Position numbers and translations under genes: made by a program
Assembly (NCBI GenBank): GCA_039679675.1
Contig: JBDKUN010000028.1
Coordinates: 1-64,000 of the forward strand
Direction: 5' to 3'
Length of the DNA: 64,000 nt
Source: Armatimonadota bacterium
GTDB lineage: Bacteria; Armatimonadota; UBA5829; DTLH01
In this document: positions 57,492 to 64,000 of the stretch, piece after piece
Layout of the letters: each line of letters begins with the position of its first letter
How positions within the stretch are numbered: the first letter of the stretch is position 1
Notes under the pieces: model-generated
Told to the model about the DNA's origin: nothing
Databases searched by the model: none
The model's input: only the letters and a program-made list of their open reading frames with translations

Positions 57492-58222
57492 GTGGAAGGA
57501 CTTTTATGAGTAACCGTGCATTGGATCATGATAATTCTGAGCGGGCATCGCTATCTCTTCGTATTATTCCTGCTGTTGCATTTTTGCTTGCGACTGTTGC
57601 AATGTTTTTGCTTGGTTGCTTCGTTGTAGGTCCCTGGTACAAGAATCACAGTCAGGCAGTTGAGACATGCACGGTGGTGCCTCCATCTTTAACTCATGAT
57701 GGTGAAGACAGTCCCCTTCCGACACCTAACCGTTCTTCCAGAACATCCGAAGATCAAGTGTCTATAAAAGAGATTACTCCCAGTAAGTCTGCACAACCTG
57801 CTCATCGGGACGATATATCTATATCAAAGGAATCAATCACTCCTGAATCTAAATCTGCTTTAAAACCTGCCGATGAAGCATCGAGCCCATCGGTAGTATC
57901 CACAAATACCGCAGACTCTGCGAATACGGACATAAATAGACCCTCTCCTGCTGATTCGAAGCCTGAATCCGAGACCGACATCTCATCTCAACAGCTTCAT
58001 AGGGTTCGTGCCGGCTTATTCGCGGATAAGGCAAATGCTGATGCATTGTCAGCAAGGCTTTCTTCTGCTGGGTATGTGCCCTCTGTTCATCGTATAGAAC
58101 GGGATGGGCGTCAGTTGTATGTTGTGCAGCTTGGTGCATTCCGAAGCCGAGAGAATGCCGAGGAACTTGCAAAGTCTTTGCGGAATTCCGGTTTCGAAGC
58201 ATCTGTCGCAGCCGATAAATAA
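57488..58222 (+). CDS. SPOR domain protein
   Basis: TM helix, Ser/Pro-rich linker, two SPOR repeats (VRAGLF..K.NA; VQLGAFRSRENA). Confidence 0.88.
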   Translation: MSGRTFMSNRALDHDNSERASLSLRIIPAVAFLLATVAMFLLGCFVVGPWYKNHSQAVETCTVVPPSLTHDGEDSPLPTPNRSSRTSEDQVSIKEITPSKSAQPAHRDDISISKESITPESKSALKPADEASSPSVVSTNTADSANTDINRPSPADSKPESETDISSQQLHRVRAGLFADKANADALSARLSSAGYVPSVHRIERDGRQLYVVQLGAFRSRENAEELAKSLRNSGFEASVAADK

Positions 58223-58240
58223 TAATTCTTCTGTCCTCGC

Positions 58241-58268
58241 GAACTTTTCCCCAGCTCGCCGTGTCTAA
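58241..58268 (+). promoter_or_regulatory. ECF sigma (RpoE-like) promoter, probably autoregulatory
   Basis: GAACTT-N16-GTCTAA about 30 nt upstream of the ECF sigma gene. Confidence 0.65.
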
Positions 58269-58297
58269 TTATTGTCTCCTGCAGAGGGTAATGTAAT

Positions 58298-58852
58298 ATG
58301 CATGACGATGACATGCTGGTCTATGCTTGTCAATCAGGTGATATCGACGCTTTTGAACAGTTGGTCCGTAAATATCAGGACCGGACTATTCGCGTGCTTT
58401 ACCTTCTGCTAAGTGATGTGGATGATGCCCAGGATGCAGCACAGGAGACATTTATACGTGCCTTCAGATGTATCAAGTCATTCCGGCACAATTCCAGTTT
58501 TGGCACCTGGCTGCATAGGGTTGCTATCAATACAGCTCGCAATTGGGCCAGGAATAATAAACGTGGGCGAGAAGTCATATTCCCGATAGAGGGATTAAAT
58601 GCAATCAATCAGCCGAAGCCGGACGATCTTCTTGTAGCGCGTGAGCGATCATTGGAGATCAAATGTGCTCTAGGCCGACTTCCGCAGTATTACCGCGAGG
58701 CGATTGTCCTTCGCCATTACGATGATATGTCATACGAAGAGATTGCTCTAGTGCAGCAGGTTCCCGTTGGTACTGTAAGGTCTAGGTTGGCTAAAGCCAG
58801 AGATATGCTCAGACAGTATCTCTCAGAAGACATCAATAAATCGAATATGTAA
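58298..58852 (+). CDS. ECF RNA polymerase sigma factor
   Basis: GD..AFEQLV.KYQ, DA.QETFIRAF, F.TWL.R.A.N, MSYEEIA, GTVRSRL.KAR. Confidence 0.93.
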   Translation: MHDDDMLVYACQSGDIDAFEQLVRKYQDRTIRVLYLLLSDVDDAQDAAQETFIRAFRCIKSFRHNSSFGTWLHRVAINTARNWARNNKRGREVIFPIEGLNAINQPKPDDLLVARERSLEIKCALGRLPQYYREAIVLRHYDDMSYEEIALVQQVPVGTVRSRLAKARDMLRQYLSEDINKSNM

Positions 58853-58865
58853 GGAGTGTTCGATT

Positions 58866-59405
58866 ATGAATTGCAGACAAGCAAGAATATTGATCCCACT
58901 CGAGGCTGATAAGCAGCTGAAAGGGGATCATCATATAGAGTTACAGGCTCATTTGGCTGAATGCGATGCGTGTTCGGAGGAGTTATCTTCTTACAGGGCC
59001 TCTATAGAAGGTCTTGAAAACGCTCTTCATACGATCTCCGATGGAATCACTGCCTCAGATGGGTTCACGTCGGCTGTTGCAGCAGAGGCAGAGGCTATAA
59101 ATGTTCGTAATCGGGCTAAGTATTGGCTTGTATATAGGTTCCCAGTAAGGATTATCGATTCATTTAAAAGAAGCAAGTTGCTCACTGCAGCTGCATCTAT
59201 TGCAATTATTCTCGCTGTAGCACTGGTCATAGGTAATACAGCGATTAATATCCTAGATACCACACCTGTAGCATCTACAAAAGTGGATCCAGGCCGACTC
59301 ATTGTGTTTACCGTGCATCCGACCACCGATGGAAGCATTGTGGCTGGGGTTCATTCTCACGGTTATTGTCAGATTACGAAATCTACCGGGGAGGCTCTAC
59401 GGTGA
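58866..59405 (+). CDS. Zinc-finger (zf-HC2) anti-sigma factor, membrane anchored
   Basis: MNC...HLAECDAC followed by a TM helix; adjacent to the ECF sigma. Confidence 0.85.
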   Translation: MNCRQARILIPLEADKQLKGDHHIELQAHLAECDACSEELSSYRASIEGLENALHTISDGITASDGFTSAVAAEAEAINVRNRAKYWLVYRFPVRIIDSFKRSKLLTAAASIAIILAVALVIGNTAINILDTTPVASTKVDPGRLIVFTVHPTTDGSIVAGVHSHGYCQITKSTGEALR

Positions 59406-61639
59406 AAAGGTTTCTCCTGATCTGTGCAGGATTGATTACTGCTGGTTTTGGATTGGGAGTTCTGGAGGCGGCAAAATGGCTCCGCGCTCTTTCCGCACCT
59501 GATACCATGTGGCGTAACACCTTTGACACCATCCAGCGGATGGTTTGGTTCCCTTCACTGTTATTAGTAACCGGTCTCCTTCTTGCAGGGTATGTTATTG
59601 CGGGCGTATTATCAGTGCGTAATAGGGCAGGGGTATTCTTCAAAGCTGTTATTGCTATATTATTGGCAGTAGCAGCTTTCTGGGTTGCGGTCAGACTCTC
59701 AACAGTCTTCTATCTGGCCCCATTCTTATACATCCCTGCATTCGCCGCGGCACTTGCGCTTGCTACATCTCTCGTATCATACATATTTACTCCATCCTGG
59801 ATGAGAAATTATCGCTTTAGTGCTGTGCGCGGTTTGATTGCGGCTGCAGGATGGGTCATATTTATCCTCATATTGAGGATATCCCTGGACAGAGATGGAA
59901 ATCTTTCCTTCGGTGGTATCCGAACATTCACAACCCTCGCGTATCCACCTGAGTTGCGATCTTATCCTTATCTGCTATCAGATCTTGCTGGGGGCCTGCT
60001 ATGTGGCCTTTTCATCGGTGCTGCAATGTCTTGGGTTCTGAAGACAGGCCAATTCATGAATGGTGTTATACGAGGCGGTGCCTCAGGTGTCTGGGTATCC
60101 GGTGTCCTCTATGCCGCACATGCATGTATCGGCACCCTCATAATGCAGTCTGCATATAGCGAGCGTACAGCGGTCTATTCCAGCATGCTTCTTATCCCTC
60201 TGGCAGGGATAGTTACAGCACTTGGCTTGGTCATGATTTTACCCGGGGTTCTGAATATAAGGTGTAAGGTAGTTGCTGCAAGCCTCGGATTGATTCTCCT
60301 CGCTGGAGCGGCATTCTATGTTTCTGATTCTCGAAATGGTGCCAATATGTACATATCTGCCGTCAAGACTCATCCAATTAGAACCCGTACGTATATTCAC
60401 TTTATGAGTGATGGTGGATGGATGAGGACTTTTGAACCCCATAATGATCCCCATAAGATCATGCTCTGTGATAGGCTGCTGAAAAAGAATCCTCGCAGTA
60501 TATATGCAGCACATGCATTATACTTGAAAGCCAAATGCCAGTTTTCATCCTGGCAATTCGAGGATGCTGCGAACTCACTTGAGCAGTTGCTCAGACGTTA
60601 TAGGGATTATCATGGATCGGCTTCCGTCCTCCTTGCTTACTCCTATCTTGCACAGGGGGATTATGAAAAAGCAGTTCAATGCTGCAAGAGGGCTGATCCG
60701 GTACTTATGCGCTGGAGATCGGGTGAAGGGGGCCTGATACTCGGCCATGCTTCTGAAGTGCTAGGAAACGAACAAGATGCCCTTGGCCAATATACATACT
60801 ATCTGGTCAATCTGACAGGCTCAAAACAGGGAGCATGGGCGGCTAATGCGGTGAACTACGCCGAGAAGAGGGCGGATAAAGTTAGGCTACCAGCTATTGT
60901 TGAAGTGCCGCGTGCCACCGTTAGCGGCAGAATCATATCGAATGATGGGCCGCTTCCCGGGATATATCTGGCGCTCGTTCAGCCGCATATCGATGCCTCA
61001 GCACCTGATAATACAACGCAGTTCAGCAGTTCGCATACTGTACCCTTATGGTTCGGGGCGGGGGCGACAACGGATGCCAGAGGAGAATTTAGGATCAGGA
61101 ACGTCCCATATGGCAATTATGAGGTGGTTGTAGGTTTCGATACACAGGGGATACCAGCAGGGCACGTTATTTCTAATGGCATTGCTCCGGTTCATATCAA
61201 CAGGCCGGATGTATCTCTGCCAGATGTAAGATTCGTGCCAAGTATAAAGCTGATTAGTCCTGTAGACCGGATATCAACGGGCAAACGGCCTGTTCTCAGG
61301 TGGTCTTCCTACCCGGGAGCCGCCTTTTACACTGTTTCGCTCATAGCCTGTCCATTTATTCACTCACCGGTCGCATCTGGTGCATTATCGCCCGATAGTT
61401 ACCAGTGTTGGTCACATTCAAGAATAAGAGATACATCCGTTACTGTAACACCGGATGGATTTATCCCAAATAACAAATCTTTGGAGTCCAGATACCGCTC
61501 CCTATCGCCGGGCAGCAGCTATACCTGGGTAGTCTTTGCTCATACAAATAACGGCGATATTATATCTTCGTCGGAGCGCTATTTGCCTGACCGAGAGCCG
61601 GTTTTTTCGGTTCAGCCCGACGCTAAGAAGGGAGGATGA
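59402..61639 (+). CDS. Multi-pass membrane protein with TPR and carboxypeptidase-regulatory-like domains
   Basis: About 9 TM helices, TPR-like helices, VSGRI..P.PG..TTDARGEFRI.NVP.G.Y; GTG overlaps the anti-sigma stop. Confidence 0.72.
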   Translation: MKRFLLICAGLITAGFGLGVLEAAKWLRALSAPDTMWRNTFDTIQRMVWFPSLLLVTGLLLAGYVIAGVLSVRNRAGVFFKAVIAILLAVAAFWVAVRLSTVFYLAPFLYIPAFAAALALATSLVSYIFTPSWMRNYRFSAVRGLIAAAGWVIFILILRISLDRDGNLSFGGIRTFTTLAYPPELRSYPYLLSDLAGGLLCGLFIGAAMSWVLKTGQFMNGVIRGGASGVWVSGVLYAAHACIGTLIMQSAYSERTAVYSSMLLIPLAGIVTALGLVMILPGVLNIRCKVVAASLGLILLAGAAFYVSDSRNGANMYISAVKTHPIRTRTYIHFMSDGGWMRTFEPHNDPHKIMLCDRLLKKNPRSIYAAHALYLKAKCQFSSWQFEDAANSLEQLLRRYRDYHGSASVLLAYSYLAQGDYEKAVQCCKRADPVLMRWRSGEGGLILGHASEVLGNEQDALGQYTYYLVNLTGSKQGAWAANAVNYAEKRADKVRLPAIVEVPRATVSGRIISNDGPLPGIYLALVQPHIDASAPDNTTQFSSSHTVPLWFGAGATTDARGEFRIRNVPYGNYEVVVGFDTQGIPAGHVISNGIAPVHINRPDVSLPDVRFVPSIKLISPVDRISTGKRPVLRWSSYPGAAFYTVSLIACPFIHSPVASGALSPDSYQCWSHSRIRDTSVTVTPDGFIPNNKSLESRYRSLSPGSSYTWVVFAHTNNGDIISSSERYLPDREPVFSVQPDAKKGG

Positions 61640-61713
61640 TTTTCCGCTCAACTATACTTGACACAGTTCTCTTTGTACCTATACAATTAAAATTGAGAAG
61701 GAGGCGTTCATAA

Positions 61714-62502
61714 ATGAAAGGACGAAGAGGTTTTACACTCATAGAGCTGTTGGTTGTTATAGCGATTATCGCCATTTTGGCCGCTATACTGTTCCCTGTT
61801 TTTGCAAAGGCACGAGAGGCAGCACGTACAGCTTCCTGCCAATCGAACATGAATCAGCTTGGTAAGGCTATGAAGAGCTATATGACTGATTGGGATGATA
61901 CATATCCTACCAATCGTAATCCTAGTGGCCAATTGGTAAATTCCATCCAGCTTTCACCGGAACCAACAAATTCAGATGATCCGTTTGTCCCGTTTGTAAA
62001 TGGACTCAACTGGGTTGAGGCGTTATACACCAGTGTTGAAAAAGTTGGAGAGCAGGGTTCAGGGCAATCCGTTTGGAAGTGTCCGAATGCAAGGGAAGTA
62101 TCCAACAGTAGAACAGCAGCTACTTCATATGCATTCAACTTCAACTTGTTGGAGCAGCCAGAGTCGATTATATCTATTTCCTCTAATACGTTGATGATCC
62201 GCGAGATGGACAGGCTCTGTGATGCTGTCTGCCGCCCTACGGGAATGTGTGATAACTCGTCCCTGGTTCCGCAAGGTGCATTCCTGACGAATAATGATCC
62301 TCTTTTGGGTGCTTGCAATGCCAAGCTCCATGCAAATGGCTCAATGATTCTTTTTGCCGATTGCCACGTTAGATTTGTTCAATCCGCAGAGATGCCCGAT
62401 AATATTACAACTGCCTATTGGGATCCCGCGGATGGTACAGGCCATTGGTGGAATGTTCCAGTTAGCCAGAAGAGTCGCAGATCTATAGCGATTAACCCGT
62501 AA
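61714..62502 (+). CDS. Prepilin-type N-terminal cleavage/methylation domain protein (DUF1559-like, H-X9-DG-type C-terminus)
   Basis: [49 protein letters not shown]. Confidence 0.9.
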   Translation: MKGRRGFTLIELLVVIAIIAILAAILFPVFAKAREAARTASCQSNMNQLGKAMKSYMTDWDDTYPTNRNPSGQLVNSIQLSPEPTNSDDPFVPFVNGLNWVEALYTSVEKVGEQGSGQSVWKCPNAREVSNSRTAATSYAFNFNLLEQPESIISISSNTLMIREMDRLCDAVCRPTGMCDNSSLVPQGAFLTNNDPLLGACNAKLHANGSMILFADCHVRFVQSAEMPDNITTAYWDPADGTGHWWNVPVSQKSRRSIAINP

Positions 62503-62523
62503 TTGATTTTCTTTTCTGATATT

Positions 62524-62560
62524 AACAGGCCCCGAAGTCGATCTTCGGGGCCTGTTTTTG
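62524..62560 (+). terminator. Intrinsic terminator
   Basis: AACAGGCCCCGAAG-TCGAT-CTTCGGGGCCTGTT-TTT. Confidence 0.8.
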
Positions 62561-62607
62561 GGTATGTTTTCTGATCTCCAATAAAAAATACAGCCGATAA
62601 GTTATAT

Positions 62608-63732
62608 CTACTCTTTGTATCCATTATCAAGACCCGGAGCTTTGACCGGACTGACAAAGGCGCCCTCACGCACGAATCCACCAGAGCATTCACCTGCAAG
62701 CAGTAGATCAGCATCCAGATCGAAGTGGCACAGGTTATCGAAGATGCAGGCGAGATGAACTGCAGCAGTAATACCGACGCGAGGCTCTATCATGCATCCA
62801 AGCATCGACGAAAGGCCAAGCGTCCGGCAGCGTACCAGCATCTCCATTGCTTCGAATATCCCCGATTTCATCAGTTTGATGTTGATACCGGAGACACTCC
62901 GTGATTTTCCGAGCATATCAACATCCCCGACGCTGCATGCACTCTCATCCGCAAAAACTGGCACATCCACATTTTGCGTCACGTACGCAATTCCCTCGAT
63001 ATCGTATCTGTCCACCGGCTGCTCAAAGATAGCGATAGCTGCACCCGTCCTTTTAAGACGTCCGATGAAGCTGACTGCTTCCTCTGGGGTGAAACCCTGG
63101 TTTGCGTCGACTACGAGGCTGCATTCAGGGACAGCGCGAGATATTGCTTCAGCACGAGCCAGGTCCTCATCTGCGTTTCCACAGCCGACTTTGACCTTGA
63201 ACTGTCTGAAACCTTTAGCAGAGGCCATTGCAGCGAGCTCTCCGGCATGCTCGAAAGGGACAATCGGGATGGTAATATCAGTCTCAAGCGATCTTGGAGA
63301 TCCGCCGAAGAGCTCATAGGAGGGTTTTCCCGAAAGTCTACCGGTTGTATCGAGCATTGACATCTCTATCGCAGCTCTTGCGCCGGGTGAGTCAGGCAGC
63401 GTTGCCTTCAAATTGAGCGATAATTCAGGTGCGAGGCGTACATCCTGTCCCGAAATCACGTGTTCGGCGTCATTTACAGCCGATATTACCGATTCGACTG
63501 TTTCTCCGGTCACATATTTTACTGGAGTGGCTTCACCGAAGCCTGTAATCCCGTTTTCCGTAGTGAGCTCGACAATTACAGCGTCGGATGATGTTGCACT
63601 CCTCTTTGCAGTCTCAAACTGCTCCTTCAGGGGCATCCTCACGTGCTTTGCGCGAAGACTGGTTATCCGGCTGCACGGTATTCCCTTCATATGTTCCGAA
63701 TAATGGTTCATTATAGCGTCTAAATCTTCCAT
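62608..63732 (-). CDS. Dipeptide (L-Ala-D/L-Glu) epimerase, enolase superfamily
   Basis: G.GEA.P..YVTGET, FKVKVG, DANQG, EQP, ADES, NIKLMKSG, GCMIE, DLD. Confidence 0.88.
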   Translation of the reverse strand: MEDLDAIMNHYSEHMKGIPCSRITSLRAKHVRMPLKEQFETAKRSATSSDAVIVELTTENGITGFGEATPVKYVTGETVESVISAVNDAEHVISGQDVRLAPELSLNLKATLPDSPGARAAIEMSMLDTTGRLSGKPSYELFGGSPRSLETDITIPIVPFEHAGELAAMASAKGFRQFKVKVGCGNADEDLARAEAISRAVPECSLVVDANQGFTPEEAVSFIGRLKRTGAAIAIFEQPVDRYDIEGIAYVTQNVDVPVFADESACSVGDVDMLGKSRSVSGINIKLMKSGIFEAMEMLVRCRTLGLSSMLGCMIEPRVGITAAVHLACIFDNLCHFDLDADLLLAGECSGGFVREGAFVSPVKAPGLDNGYKE

Positions 63733-63827
63733 AACAGAAAGATTATACCACCAACAATATACTATTTCGGAAAGTAGGGATGATGCTATAATGAACCCGA
63801 TGTACTATTATAGTGAGCGCAAAACGT

Positions 63828-64000
63828 ATGTCTAAAATACTGATTATAGAAGACGAACTGCCGCTGCTGCAGACGGTAAGCTACAATTTCGAGCAGGAAG
63901 GTTATCAGGTCGTGCAGGCGACGGACGGGTTATCCGGCCTGGAGAAAGCACGGCTGGAGGGGCCCGACCTCATCCTGCTGGATGTTATGCTGCCAGGGAT
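63828..64000 (+). CDS. Response regulator (OmpR-like receiver), partial at window edge
   Basis: MSKILIIEDE...EGY.V..A.DG..GLE....PDLILLDVMLP. Confidence 0.88.
   Translation, partial: MSKILIIEDELPLLQTVSYNFEQEGYQVVQATDGLSGLEKARLEGPDLILLDVMLPG

Noticed and set aside
1..64000. CRISPR array, rRNA, prophage, transposase, reverse transcriptase/DGR
   Set aside because: No regularly spaced repeats or corresponding protein motifs seen.

Overview
This is a bacterial chromosomal window around the replication origin. The gene style (N-methylation/H-X9-DG-type prepilin protein, large secreted modular protein, futalosine pathway) suggests Armatimonadota or a similar lineage; this is inference only. Housekeeping content: rpoN; hisC-aroF-tyrA-aroA; tRNA-Glu(TTC); a futalosine menaquinone cluster (ubiD-ubiX-[TA]-ubiA-[3 inserted genes]-mqnE-mqnA-mqnC-nucleoside phosphorylase); panC; a ychF-like gene; putA; rtcB; dciA-recF; a DnaA-box cluster (putative oriC); pcrA; dnaA; hisF-hisI; flgM; parA-parB with parS; and an ECF sigma/anti-sigma module. 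Most notable: (1) a minimal cobalamin-riboswitch-like RNA with its own promoter, transcribed divergently from dnaA toward pcrA, whose terminator overlaps the aptamer 3' strand, plus a symmetric operator-like repeat between the two promoters; (2) a sigma28 promoter and c-di-GMP-I riboswitch on an isolated flgM directly upstream of parAB; (3) an mqnA ORF with a ~150-codon in-frame N-terminal extension built from a mosaic of repeat elements; (4) a MITE-like palindromic element family, one copy carrying a nested insertion; (5) two inserted gene blocks each flanked by ~75-bp direct duplications; (6) a rearranged origin region with no dnaN. No CRISPR array, rRNA, transposase, integrase or prophage was seen. 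All calls are by eye, with no database searches.
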